Shown here: piece after piece, positions 20,168 through 30,884 of the stretch
How positions within the stretch are numbered: position 1 is the stretch's first letter
How the letters are laid out: each line of letters starts with the position of its first letter
Notes under the pieces: generated by a model
Databases searched by the model: none
The model's input: the letters and a program-made list of their open reading frames with translations, nothing else
Told to the model about the DNA's origin: nothing
Source: an uncultured delta proteobacterium
GTDB taxonomy: Bacteria > Desulfobacterota > RBG-13-43-22
Length of the DNA stretch: 64,000 nt
Assembly: GCA_963743305.1 (NCBI GenBank)
Contig: CAVUPH010000014.1
Coordinates: forward strand, 64,001 to 128,000
Reading direction: 5' to 3'
Made by a program: the position numbers and the translations under genes

Positions 20168-20428
20168 CAAGGGGAAAACTGCATGAATGTAATCGAAGAA
20201 TTCAAACGGTTAGTACTGGAATTGGAAAGTCAGAAAGTGCGGTATGCCCTGCGATTCGACGTGTTCATATCTTGTCGCCAGACAGACGATAATGGCAGTT
20301 CAACCCGCGACGGTCTTCTCACAAGGCTTTTTTCAGGTTTCGCGGGTGACCCCAAGGCCAAGAGGGTTTACGATGAAAGCATTGTTCCTGACAGTGTTTA
20401 TCCAGATGGCGCTTGGTTAGATCGACTC

Positions 20429-20710
20429 TTAGCCCCCGGTCAGGGGAATGTGGATGTCGATGACGTCTCGATCTTCCAAAACCCGGTCAAAGGGAGCATT
20501 TTTATGATTAACAAACACATGGAGGAAAAGGTCGGACCAGTTTTCCGGGGAGCCCAAACCCGGGAGCCCCAGCAGCAGTTCTTGAATGGTGGTACCGGGT
20601 TCCAATTCCAAAAGTAAATCACCGCTTTGATTAAATTGCGAGTTAAAGGCCGCAGTATTGCCTATCGCAAAAGTAGTATTGATTTTTACCTTGATTGGCT
20701 TGTTTTTCAT
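20429..20710 (-). CDS. MoaD/ThiS-family sulfur carrier
   Basis: About 93 aa ubiquitin-like protein, VFVN..LEDRDVIDI..PLTGG with C-terminal GG. Confidence 0.8.
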   Translation of the reverse strand: MKNKPIKVKINTTFAIGNTAAFNSQFNQSGDLLLELEPGTTIQELLLGLPGLGSPENWSDLFLHVFVNHKNAPFDRVLEDRDVIDIHIPLTGG

Positions 20711-20959
20711 CCGGCTGTCTATCGATAATCGTTTTATACCCCTCTTATTTTATAATATGTAATACTCCCCTTCCCCCAAAGCAAGTTTTTATTAAATCCC
20801 TAGCCAAAAATATTTGAAATATTTTTGGCTGTAGTAAAAGCCACTTAACAGATTTAAAGATAACGTCTTTTAATCTAGATTCTTACCTCCATGGTTAGAG
20901 ACAAATTCTCAGAAAAAAGGTGAAAAAAATCTTGCATTGAAGAAGGCTCTTCGAGTATA

Positions 20960-20990
20960 TATTCACATTATGAATAGTCATAATGTGAAT
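20960..20990. promoter_or_regulatory. Palindromic operator (putative PadR site)
   Basis: TATTCA-N5-TGAATA (20960-20976), overlapping the perfect IR ATTCACATTATGA-ATAG-TCATAATGTGAAT. Confidence 0.6.
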
Positions 20991-21134
20991 TATAAAGAAC
21001 CCGATGTTAGCCATCCTGGAGAATGGGGAGAATATTTCATCGGGAAAACCACCGCCCTGGGGCATGGGAGGTTCTGCCGCAACTGTCCCCAATGCCGGTA
21101 TCCCATTTGTCCTTTCAGTAAAGGGGGATTCTAA
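20970..21134 (+). pseudogene. Mini-ORF: padR-like start fused to the MoeA-like Cys4 tail
   Basis: ALGHGRFCRNCPQCRYPICPFSKGGF is nearly identical to the C-terminus of 26838..27867; TAATG overlap with yqeB. Confidence 0.55.
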
Positions 21135-21934
21135 TGAAGCGGAGAGAAGATCTTATCCTGATCCGGGGAGCCGGCGAGATGGCCAGCGGGGTTGCCTGGC
21201 GCCTGTTTCAATCCCATTTTAAGGTCCTGCTGACCGAGATTCCCAAACCCCTGGCGGTCAGGCGGACGGTCTCCTTCTGCGAAGCGGTCTATGAAGGCCG
21301 CCAGACCGTCGAAGGGGTCGAGGCGGTATTGATCCCGGCCGCCGATCAAGCAGAGGAAGTTTGGCGACATAATCGACTTCCCCTGCTGATCGACCCCGAT
21401 TTGTCGCAGGCTAGGACACTGAATCCGGAGGTGCTGGTGGATGCCATTCTGGCCAAAAAAAATACAGGGACCCGCCTCTCGGACGCTCCTTTGGTGGTGG
21501 CCCTGGGACCGGGGTTCCGGGCCGGAACCGACGCCGACCTGGTGGTGGAAACCAACCGGGGCCACAACCTCGGACGAATCTATACCGAAGGAGAAGCGGA
21601 AGCCAATACGGGAACTCCCGGCAATATCGGCGGTTTTACCTGTGAGCGGGTCCTGCGAGCTCCTGTAACCGGTGTTTTCCGATCCGATAAAACCTTCGGG
21701 GACCGGGTGGAAGCCGGCGAGTCGGTGGCGGAGGTGGACGGGCATCCGGTCCGGGCTCAAATCCGGGGTATTATCAGGGGTTTGATTCGGACCGATACGC
21801 CGGTAACCGTCGGTCTTAAGGTGGGCGATGTGGGCCCACGGGACAATCCAGCCTATTGCTCCACTATTTCCGAAAAGGCCAGGGCCATAGGCGGGGCGGT
21901 GCTGGAGGGAATTTTACGGCGATACAACGGCTAA
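21134..21934 (+). CDS. yqeB: Selenium-dependent molybdenum cofactor system protein YqeB (copy 1)
   Basis: LIRGAGEMASGVA, VRRTVSFCEA, DAILAKKN, ETNRGHNLGR, ISEKARAIGGAVLE. Confidence 0.92.
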   Translation: MKRREDLILIRGAGEMASGVAWRLFQSHFKVLLTEIPKPLAVRRTVSFCEAVYEGRQTVEGVEAVLIPAADQAEEVWRHNRLPLLIDPDLSQARTLNPEVLVDAILAKKNTGTRLSDAPLVVALGPGFRAGTDADLVVETNRGHNLGRIYTEGEAEANTGTPGNIGGFTCERVLRAPVTGVFRSDKTFGDRVEAGESVAEVDGHPVRAQIRGIIRGLIRTDTPVTVGLKVGDVGPRDNPAYCSTISEKARAIGGAVLEGILRRYNG

Positions 21935-21986
21935 CAACCGATCGGGATTGATCCGGGGGGTATATGGACTGGATGCTTGGGTAACT

Positions 21987-22526
21987 ATGAATAGTCAAAA
22001 TAAAAATTTAGAACCGCAGGAACGAGACCGCAACCCTGCAGAATATCTGGTTCTCGGCGCTCTGGCCGGTGGCCCCCTGCACGGGTACGATCTCTATCAA
22101 TACCTGGAGGAACATCTGGGCCGAATCTGGACCCTGGGCCGCAGCCGGACCTATGCCCTGCTGTCCCGGATGGAACAGGCGGGAATGGTGACCCACGAAC
22201 GCCAAGCCCAGGAGAAGAGGCCGGATCGTAAAGTTTTTTCTTTAACTCCGGCAGGCCGAAAAAAGTTCAAGGCCTGGGTAAAGACCCCGGTGGAACATGT
22301 CCGGGACCTGCGTCTGGAATTTCTGGCCAAAATCCATTTTCTGGAAAAAGGAGATCAGAAATCATTGCAAAAACTTTTCGCGGCCCAACAGGAGGTCTGC
22401 CAGCACAAAATGGACCGGCTGATTGTCCGAAAAGACTTGGCCACATCCAGGATGGAGCGACTGATTAACGAATTCCGTTTATCCCAATCGGAGGCGGCAT
22501 TGGCCTGGTTGAAGCATTTGAAATAA
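21987..22526 (+). CDS. PadR-family transcriptional regulator (copy 1)
   Basis: LGAL..GPLHGYDL, YALLSRME..G, PDRKVFSLT.AGR. Confidence 0.9.
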   Translation: MNSQNKNLEPQERDRNPAEYLVLGALAGGPLHGYDLYQYLEEHLGRIWTLGRSRTYALLSRMEQAGMVTHERQAQEKRPDRKVFSLTPAGRKKFKAWVKTPVEHVRDLRLEFLAKIHFLEKGDQKSLQKLFAAQQEVCQHKMDRLIVRKDLATSRMERLINEFRLSQSEAALAWLKHLK

Positions 22527-22544
22527 AAAAATAAAGGAGAAGGT

Positions 22545-23975
22545 ATGAAAAAGAGCTTTTGGTCAATTTTGTGCGTGGCGGCTTCTTTATTTGTTGTTTT
22601 TGTAGAGTTTATGCCCACGTTGGTTCAGGCCAAGTCGGTGAATGAACAGATCCTGGAAATCCTGCTGAACAGCAAGATGGTCACTCCGGAAAAGTATCAG
22701 GAACTGAAGAAGCAGGCGGAAGCCGAGGATGCCGAACTGCAGCGCCTGCGGGCACTGGAAAAGAAGGTCCAGGAAGAAAAGGCTCCGGCGGGCAACGCCA
22801 AGGTGGATTTCAAAAAGGGCTTCACCATGGAGTCGGCGGACGGTGAGAACAAGCTCAAACTTTCCGGACGGCTGCATGCCGATTACCGCTGGTTCCTGAA
22901 CGACCACCCCAGCAACGACACCTTCCTGATCCGGCGAGCCCGTATTGCGGCCCTGGGGACTTTTTACAAACATTACGACTTCAGCGTGGAATACGACATG
23001 GGCGAGGGCAATGCCCGGTTGAACGATGCCTTCATGAACATCCGTTATTGGCCCGAGGCCCAGTTGATGTTCGGCCAGTACAAGATCCCCTTCAGCCTGG
23101 AGGAACTCCATTCGGACAACTGGATCGATTTCATCGAACGCTCGCTGGCCAACAACTTTGCCCCTTCCCGCGACATCGGGATCATGCTGCACGGGAACAT
23201 CAGCAAAGATTTCCTGTACTATCAATGGGGTGTCTTCAACGGCAGGAAGATCAATTCCAGCGACGTAGACGACCAGAAGGACGTGGCCGGTCGGGTGACC
23301 CTGGCGCCCTTTTCCCAAATGGGCAACAAGCTCCTGAAAGGGCTGCATATTGGCGGCGCCTTCACCACCGGGGCCCAGCATACTACCAAACCCTCGACGG
23401 ACTGGTGGCGCTATCAATATAAAACCGAAGGCGGGACGACCTTCCTGCAGTTCGATGATACGGTGACCCAGGACGGGAGCCGCAACCGCATGGGGGCTGA
23501 ACTGGCCTGGATGATGGGGCCGGTTTCCCTAAAGTCCGAGTACATGACTCTGCAGTTGAATGACCTGACCTACAACAAAAAGAAGGCCAGCTTCGAAAAC
23601 AATGCCGGTTACGTTTCACTGGGGTGGTTCCTCACCGGCGAGGAGGAGCCCTGGCGGAACGGGTTGCCGCAACAGATTACCCCGAAAAAGCCCTTCAAGC
23701 TCGGTAAGCCGGGCTACTGCGGGGCCTTCCAATTGGTGGGGCGGTACGAATGGATCGAAATGGACGACGATATCCTGAAACTGGGCTTTGCCGACCCGAA
23801 ACGCTACACGGACAAGGCTTCCGGATACACGTTTGGTCTGACCTGGTACCCCAATGACATGCTGCGGTTCATGGTGAACTTCTATTACACCAAGTTCGAT
23901 GACGCCATCACCGTGAGCGGCAAAAAAATCGACAACGAACAGGCCATCCTTACGCGGTTTGAAGTGGTCTGGTAA
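22545..23975 (+). CDS. OprO/OprP-family anion-selective porin
   Basis: LSGRLHADY, IRRARI, GQYKIPFSLE, WFLTGE, C-terminal W. Confidence 0.88.
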   Translation: MKKSFWSILCVAASLFVVFVEFMPTLVQAKSVNEQILEILLNSKMVTPEKYQELKKQAEAEDAELQRLRALEKKVQEEKAPAGNAKVDFKKGFTMESADGENKLKLSGRLHADYRWFLNDHPSNDTFLIRRARIAALGTFYKHYDFSVEYDMGEGNARLNDAFMNIRYWPEAQLMFGQYKIPFSLEELHSDNWIDFIERSLANNFAPSRDIGIMLHGNISKDFLYYQWGVFNGRKINSSDVDDQKDVAGRVTLAPFSQMGNKLLKGLHIGGAFTTGAQHTTKPSTDWWRYQYKTEGGTTFLQFDDTVTQDGSRNRMGAELAWMMGPVSLKSEYMTLQLNDLTYNKKKASFENNAGYVSLGWFLTGEEEPWRNGLPQQITPKKPFKLGKPGYCGAFQLVGRYEWIEMDDDILKLGFADPKRYTDKASGYTFGLTWYPNDMLRFMVNFYYTKFDDAITVSGKKIDNEQAILTRFEVVW

Positions 23976-24031
23976 ATCATAATCCAACACGATCAGTAAC
24001 CATCGAAATGGAAAAAAAAGAAGGAGGCGTT

Positions 24032-24905
24032 ATGTTGATTGGGAGTAAGTCAGGTTGTTTTTTGTTGATCAGTTTGTTGGTAATTTCGTTTAGTTGGACT
24101 TCGGCTGAAAACTCAGTGGCCGCAGAAAGCTTGATGGTCTTTGCCGGGGCGGCCAGCCAGCCGCCGACCACCGAGGCGGCCAGGGTTTTTGAGGCCAAGA
24201 CCGGGATCAAGGTGGACGTAACCTTCGGCGGGTCCGGGTATGTGCTGTCGCAGATGATCCTGGGGAAGAAGGGCGATCTCTATTTCCCGGGGTCATCCGA
24301 TTTCATGGAGTTGGCCAAGCAAAAGGGAGTGTGTCTTTCCCGATACGGAAAAATACGTCGTGTACCTGGTCCCCGCCATCAACGTCCAAAGAGGCAACCC
24401 CAAGCAGATCAAAACCTTGAAAGACCTGACCCGGCCCGGAATCAAAGTGGCCATTGCCAACCCGGAAGGGGTGTGTGTGGGACTGTATGCCGTAGAAATC
24501 ATCGAATCCTTCTTTACTCCGGCCGAGAAGGAACACCTCAAGAAAAACCTGATCAATTACACCGAGAGCTGTGAAAAAACCGCTACGGCCGTATCGCTGA
24601 AGATGGTCGACGCGGTCATCGGCTGGCGGGTTTTTGAACACTGGGACCCGGAAAGGATCGAGACCATACCCCTGAAACCGGCGGAGATCCTTCGGATCGG
24701 CTATATTCCGATCGCCATATCCCGGTTCACCAAGAACCGGCTGTTGGCTCAGAAGTTCATGGACTTTCTTTTTTCGGATGAGGGTAAAGCGATCTATCGA
24801 AAATACCACTATTTCATGAGCAGCGCCGATGCGGCAACCTGGATAGGGGAACAAAAACCGGTGGGGGGCGAATATGTGGTTCCCAAGGACTGGATCAAAA
24901 AATAA
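24032..24905 (+). CDS. modA: ModA-like oxyanion-binding protein (atypical, Cys-containing; frameshift near 24330)
   Basis: FAGAAS..FGGSG..DLYFPGS in ORF 24008..24574 joins GNPKQI..IANPEGVCVG in ORF 24360..24905. Confidence 0.8.
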
Positions 24906-25681
24906 TGACCTTCCGGAAGGCCACCATCCTCTGCGCATTTCTGACCTTCGGTCTCTATGCCGCGCTGATCGGGTCCCTTTTTTATTTTTTTAAGGGGGAA
25001 ATGCTCTGGGAGACGATTTTTTCGGAAAGGACCCTTTTTTCCGTGCGGTTGAGCGTCGTGGCCGCCACCGTTAGTACGGGTTTGGCCATGGTGATCGCCG
25101 TCCCGTCGGCCTACGCGCTCTCCCGCTACGCCTTTCCCTTTAAGACGGCCGTCGATACGATCCTGGAACTCCCGATGATTGTGTCTCCGGCGGCGCTGGG
25201 CGCCATGCTGTTAATTTTTTTCAATAACCCGCTGGGATTGTGGGTTCAGGGGCAAGGGATCCAGGTCGTTTTTACCTCCATCGGGATTTTTCTGGCCCAG
25301 TTCGTCACGGTTGCCGGTGTAGCCACGCGGCTGACCAAGGCGGCCATGGATGAAATACCGGTTCGCTATGAAGCGGTGGCGCGCACGCTGGGGGCCACTC
25401 CGCTGCAGGCCTTTTGGACCATTACCCTGCCGTTGAGTAAAAGGGGATTATGGGCGGCCGCGATTTTGTCCTGGGCCAAGGCCGTAGGGGAATTCGGGGC
25501 CACCATCACCATCGCCGGGTCGATGGCTATGAAGACCGAGACCCTGCCGATCGCCATATTCATGCGGCTCTCCAGCGCCGACATAGAAGGAACGGTCATC
25601 CTGATCCTTCTGCTGCTGTCCATTGGATTGGGGACCCTTTATGGAGTTCGCCTTATTTCCAGAAGGGCCGGCCATGCTTGA
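24905..25681 (+). CDS. modB: Molybdate/tungstate ABC permease
   Basis: LELPMIVSP, YEAVARTLGA, WAKAVGEFGAT. Confidence 0.85.
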   Translation: MTFRKATILCAFLTFGLYAALIGSLFYFFKGEMLWETIFSERTLFSVRLSVVAATVSTGLAMVIAVPSAYALSRYAFPFKTAVDTILELPMIVSPAALGAMLLIFFNNPLGLWVQGQGIQVVFTSIGIFLAQFVTVAGVATRLTKAAMDEIPVRYEAVARTLGATPLQAFWTITLPLSKRGLWAAAILSWAKAVGEFGATITIAGSMAMKTETLPIAIFMRLSSADIEGTVILILLLLSIGLGTLYGVRLISRRAGHA

Positions 25682-26768
25682 AGTAGCGGGACTTTCTGTT
25701 CGAGCCGGAGGGTTTTCCCTTAGCAACATTTCCCTGCAAGGTGATCCCACCTCGTGCCACGTTTTGCTGGGGCCTACCGGGAGCGGCAAAACCCTGCTTC
25801 TGGAATCCATCATCGGATTGAGAAAACCAGACAAAGGCAAGATTTTACTGGATGATAAAAATATTATCGGGCTTCCGGCCGAACGCCGCGGGTTGGCCTA
25901 TGTTCCGCAGGACCTGGCCCTGTTTCCTCACCTGACGGTCAGGGAAAATATTCTCTACCCCCTGCGCATCCGAGGCAGTAAACAGAAGATTGAAGACGGG
26001 ATTGTACGAGAATTGATCGCATCCCTCGATATCAGGCATGTTTTAGATCGCGCGGTAGCGCATCTCAGCGGCGGCGAGCGGCAGCGGACGGCCCTCGCCA
26101 GAGCGGTGGCTTCGGGCTGCCGGACGCTGGTCCTGGACGAGCCGCTTTCCGCGCTTCACCAGTCGCTGAAAAGGGAGTTGTGGCTCGTCTTAAAAGGCAT
26201 CCAGAGGCGATACGATCTGACTATTTTGATGGTGACCCATGACTTGCATGAGGCCTTTTTCCTGGGAGATACCCTAAGCATCCTCATCGATGGAAAACTT
26301 CACCAACAGGGTGCCAAAGAAGAAGTTTACCGTCGCCCGAACAGCCGGGCGGTGGCAAAATTTCTGGGGATTTCAAATCTTTTTAAGGTGAAAGACCCTG
26401 AGGCCTCCGGGGATTCGATATCCGTTCGGTGTGAAGAGCTTGGTATTATGCTGAACCTGCCGAACCGATCGACGGAGGCCTTCCCCGCCTTTTCGGCTGT
26501 GGGCATAAGGTCTGAAGAGGTGGAAGTCCTGATCCCGGGTGGATCGTTTTCCTCAACCTCCAACAGGGTGGTCGGGACCATCCAAGACGTTTATGAGCAT
26601 GAAAAATCATCAACCATTATAGCCCGCTGCGGGCCGGAGGCCGTTACCCTGGAGGCGGTGGTCCCTTTCAGCCTGTCCAGAAAATGTTCCTTTTCGAAGG
26701 GGCAGTCTTTTACCTTCTTATTGCCGGAAGAATACCTCTTTTTGATCTCCGGCGTCCCGCTCCAGTAA
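25674..26768 (+). CDS. modC: Molybdate/tungstate ABC ATPase with C-terminal TOBE-like domain
   Basis: GPTGSGKT, LSGGERQR, LDEPLS; start MLEVAG. Confidence 0.8.
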   Translation: MLEVAGLSVRAGGFSLSNISLQGDPTSCHVLLGPTGSGKTLLLESIIGLRKPDKGKILLDDKNIIGLPAERRGLAYVPQDLALFPHLTVRENILYPLRIRGSKQKIEDGIVRELIASLDIRHVLDRAVAHLSGGERQRTALARAVASGCRTLVLDEPLSALHQSLKRELWLVLKGIQRRYDLTILMVTHDLHEAFFLGDTLSILIDGKLHQQGAKEEVYRRPNSRAVAKFLGISNLFKVKDPEASGDSISVRCEELGIMLNLPNRSTEAFPAFSAVGIRSEEVEVLIPGGSFSSTSNRVVGTIQDVYEHEKSSTIIARCGPEAVTLEAVVPFSLSRKCSFSKGQSFTFLLPEEYLFLISGVPLQ

Positions 26769-26837
26769 CAGGTGGTTTAAAGTGGTTTAACGAGGCGCAT
26801 CTATAACCAATTTCATTATCGGAAAGGTCGCTGATCC

Positions 26838-27867
26838 ATGAAAAAAGTTAGTGTGCACAAGGCCGTGGGCCTGGTTTTGAGCCACGATATAACCCGCATC
26901 GTCCCGGGTCAATTCAAAGGGGTGGGTTTTAAAAAAGGCCATGTCATTCGCCCGGAGGATATTCCGGCCCTGCTGGATCTGGGCAAGGAGTCCGTTTTTG
27001 TCCTGGAAATCCAGCCGGGGATCCTGCATGAGAACGACGCAGCCTATCGCCTGGCCAACGCCTTGATCGGTGAAAACCTGGCGTTGCAGGGCCCGGCGGA
27101 GGGAAAGATCAACTTCGTGGCTCAAATCAAAGGCCTGCTGAAAATCAAGGTCACGGCCCTGAACCAGGTCAACCTCGTCCCCCGGATCATCGTTTCCACC
27201 TTGCACAATCATTCGGTCGTCCAGCCGGGGAATCCGGTAGCCGGCACCCGGATCATCCCGTTGACCATCGCGGAGAAAGCCATCCTCCGGGCTGAAAGCA
27301 TCTGCGCCCGCTTTCGACCGATCATCACCCTCAAGCCGTTCATCTCCAAAAAAGTCGGTGTAGTGGTCACCGGGTCCGAGGTCTATACCGGGCGGGTCCA
27401 AGACGGATTTGACCACTGGGTGGGAGAAAAACTGGCCGCCTCGGGCTGCCAAATCATTAAGCGGGCTACCGTCCCGGACAAGGCCGGACTTATTTCCCAG
27501 GCCATCCGGGAAATGGTTGAAACGGGATGCGACCTTATCGTTACCACCGGCGGGATGTCCCATTGATCCCGACGACGTGACCCGTAAAGGGATTCGCCAG
27601 GCTGGGGCGCGGATTATCTTTTACGGGACCCCGGTCCTGCCGGGGGCCATGTTCCTCTACGCCCGTCTCGGGGAAATCCCCCTGCTGGGCCTGCCGGCCT
27701 GCGTCTTTTACCATCGGGTCACCATGTTTGACCTGATGCTGCCGGTGATCCTGGCCGGGGAGCAGCCCACACGTCGGGAAATCGCCGCCCTGGGACATGG
27801 GGGGTTCTGTCGTAACTGCCCCGAATGCCGCTATCCCATCTGTCCTTTCGGCAAAGGGGGGTTTTAA
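26838..27867 (+). CDS. MoeA-like molybdopterin-binding protein with C-terminal Cys4 motif (frameshift near 27560)
   Basis: AVGLVLSHDITRI, VVTGSEV, TTGGMS|IDPDD.T, YGTPVLPGAM, GGFCRNC..C.YP.CPFGK. Confidence 0.85.
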
Positions 27868-28666
27868 TGAAGTTGCGCGATCGAATCATCCTGCTCCGGG
27901 GGGCCGGAGAGATGGCCAGCGAGGTGGCCTGGCGCCTGTTTCAATCCCATTTCCGGGTCCTGCTGACCGAGATTCTCAACCCCCTGGCGGTAAGGCGGAT
28001 GGTCTCCTTCTGCGAAGCGGTCTATGAGGGCCGCCAGACCGTCGAAGGGGTCGAGGCGGTATTGATCCCGGCCGTCGATCAGGCGGAAGAGGCCTGGCGG
28101 AATCATCGGCTTCCCCTGCTGATCGACCCTGATTTATCCCAGGCCAGGACACTGAAACCGGATGTGCTGGTGGATGCCATCCTGGCCAAAAAGAACCTGG
28201 GGACCCGCATAACGGACGCCCCCTTGGTGATCGGCCTGGGACCCGGTTTCCGGGCCGGAACCGACGTCCATCTGGTGGTAGAAACCAACCGGGGTCACAA
28301 TCTCGGACGAATTTATCCCGAAGGGGAAGCGGAAGCCAATGCCGGAATTCCCGGAGACATCGGTAGTTTTACCGGTGAGCGGGTCCTGCGAGCCCCGGTA
28401 ACCGGCCTTTTCGATCCTACAGAGCCGTTGGGGACCGGGTGGAAGCCGGGGAATCGGTGGCGCAGGTGGACGGGCGTCTCGTCCTGTCCCGAATCCAGGG
28501 CCGCCTCCGGGGCTTGATTCGGAACGAGACCCCCGTAATCGTCGGTCTGAAGGTGGGCGACGTAGACCCTCGGGACAATGCGGCCTATTGCTCCACCATT
28601 TCCGAAAAGGCCAGGGCCATCGCCGGGGCCGTACTGGAGGGCATTCTACGGCATTACCATCATTAG
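27867..28666 (+). CDS. yqeB: YqeB (copy 2; frameshift near 28410-28430)
   Basis: Close paralog of 21134..21934, split over ORFs 27825..28517 and 28439..28666. Confidence 0.88.
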
Positions 28667-28790
28667 AGGAGAGATGTCGGAAAGGGGCTTCTTAAAACGT
28701 CTGATCCTTCTGGCGTGATCCATCTCTTGGCCAGGGTTGCTTCGATCTTCCTGAACCGAAATAGGCGGATCGGAGGACAAGGTAAAAAAG

Positions 28791-28832
28791 TTGCTTTGGC
28801 CATTAAGACAGGATATATTCAAATTATGAATA
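28791..28832 (+). promoter_or_regulatory. Sigma-70 promoter with overlapping operator; leaderless padR
   Basis: TTGCTT-N17-TATATT; ATG 28826 lies 7 nt after the -10; TATTCA-N5-TGAATA at 28816-28832. Confidence 0.6.
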
Positions 28833-29385
28833 GTCCAACTGAAAATATACACTCGCTCGAGCGGGATCGGAACCCGGCCGAATATCTGATCCTGGGCGTC
28901 CTGGCCGGCGGCCACCTGCACGGGTATGATCTGTATCAACACCTGGAAGAAAATTTAGGCCGGGTCTGGACCCTGGGCCGCAGCCAGACCTATGCGCTGC
29001 TGTCTACGGATGGAGCAGGCGGGACTGGTGGCCCATGAACGCCAGGCCCAGGAAAAAAGGCCGGACCGTAAAAACTTTTCCCTTACCCCGGCCGGAAGAA
29101 AATTATTCAACCATTGGGTAAAAGCCCCGGTGGAGCATATACGGGACCTGCGTCTGGAATTCCTGGCCAAAATACATTTCCTGGAAAAAAGTGACCGGAA
29201 ATCGGTGGAAAAACTGATCGAGGCTCAGCAGGAGGTCTGCCGGGATAAATTGTCCCGAATGGAAGAACGGACAATGTTCGGCCCCTTCCGGGATGGAACG
29301 TCTGACCTATGACTTCCGGCAGTCCCAGGCCCGGGCGGCCCTGGACTGGCTGCAGGGTCTCCAAAACAAATTGAGAAAGGAATGA
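28826..29385 (+). CDS. PadR-family regulator (copy 2; frameshifted)
   Basis: Paralog of 21987..22526 split over three frames; ends LDWLQGLQNKLRKE*. Confidence 0.8.
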
Positions 29386-30216
29386 ATAGGATGGGACCCC
29401 AAAAAGAACCGACAGATCATCCCGAACGAAGGGAAGTATTCTTTAACTTGTTGACAGGTCTTTTTATTTTCATTTTGTTCACCCTGGTCTTGACCTTTCC
29501 GGTCCAAGCCCAGGAGATCACCGTTTCGGCTGCCATCAGTTTGAAAGATGCCTTCTCTGAATTGGGAAAATCATTTGAAGGCCGGACAAAAAGGGACCCG
29601 GGTGCAATTCAACTTTGGGGCCTCGGGGGACTTGGTTCGTCAGATTTTAGCCGGGGCCCCGGTGGATGTATTTGCCTCTGCCGGGCTAAAAGAAATGGAT
29701 GAACTGGAGCAGAAAGGTTTTACGGCCCCCGGGACGCGGATGAATTTCGCCGGGAATACCGTCGTGCTGGCTGTCCCGAAGGCATCGACATTAGGCCTGG
29801 AGGCATTTTCCGACCTCACCCGGAAAACGGTTAAAAAAATTGCCATTGGCAATCCCCAAACCGTTCCGGCCGGGAGATACGCCGAGCAGGTTCTAAGGAA
29901 CTTGAATCTCTGGGAGCCTCTGAAAGACAAGCTGGTTTTCGCCGAAAATGTCCGCCAGGTCCTGGATTATGTGGCCCGGGGCGAGGTCGACGCGGGGTTG
30001 GTCTATGCCACCGACGCCGCAACCCGTGCCAGGGACCTGAAGAAAGTTCTTCCGGCCCCCGAGGGGAGCTACCAGCCGGTGGTCTATCCGATCGCCGCCG
30101 TCAAGGGCACCAAAAACGAAGGACTGGCCCGGGCCTTCATCTCCTGGGTGATTTCTGCCGAGGGGAAACGCATTCTCGAGCGATATGGGTTCAAAACCCT
30201 GGCTGACAAAAAATAG
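29382..30216 (+). CDS. modA: Molybdate-binding protein ModA (canonical; frameshift near 29580-29597)
   Basis: VSAAISLKDAF | FNFGASG.L..QI..GAP.DVFASA, GNPQTVPAGRYA, ENVRQVL, VYATDA. Confidence 0.9.
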
Positions 30217-30219
30217 ATC

Positions 30220-30882
30220 ATGACGGAAGAAGTCTGGTTTTCTCTTCGGCTCTCCCTGCAGGTCGCCTTACTGGCCACCTGCTTCATCGTGATCGTTGGG
30301 GTGGCGGCCGGATATCTGTTGGCCCGGAAAAACTTTCCGGGCCGGGAACTGGTCGATATCCTGTTTACCCTGCCGCTGGTCTTACCCCCCACGGTAACCG
30401 GATACTATTTGATCATCCTCTTCGGCCGGAACGGCTGGCTGGGTAAGAGTCTGTATGCCTGGACCGGTTGGAGCCTCATGTTCACCTGGTACGCGGCCGT
30501 CCTGGCCTCCTTTGTAGTGGCCCTGCCGCTCATGGTCCGGACCACCCGGGCGGCCATCGAGTCGATCGACCCCCACCTGATCCAGGCCTCTTACACCCTG
30601 GGCCGATCAGAACTAGAGACAATTTGGAAGGTCATTTTGCCGCTGGCCCGCCGGGGGATCATCGCGGGGACGGTCCTGTCTTTCGCCCGGGCCATGGGTG
30701 AATTCGGGGCCACTTTGATGCTAGCTGGAAACCTTCCCGGGAAAACCAACACCCTGCCCTTGACCATCTATACCCTGGCCGGGAGCGGCGACTGGCCGCA
30801 GGCCCAGGGGGTGGTACTTTTACTCACGGCCACTTCCGGTATATTCCTGTATCTGGCCAATTGTTTCAGCCGGAAGGCCTAG
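30220..30882 (+). CDS. modB: Molybdate ABC permease
   Basis: LPLVLPPTVTGY, FARAMGEFGAT. Confidence 0.93.
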   Translation: MTEEVWFSLRLSLQVALLATCFIVIVGVAAGYLLARKNFPGRELVDILFTLPLVLPPTVTGYYLIILFGRNGWLGKSLYAWTGWSLMFTWYAAVLASFVVALPLMVRTTRAAIESIDPHLIQASYTLGRSELETIWKVILPLARRGIIAGTVLSFARAMGEFGATLMLAGNLPGKTNTLPLTIYTLAGSGDWPQAQGVVLLLTATSGIFLYLANCFSRKA

Positions 30883-30884
30883 TG

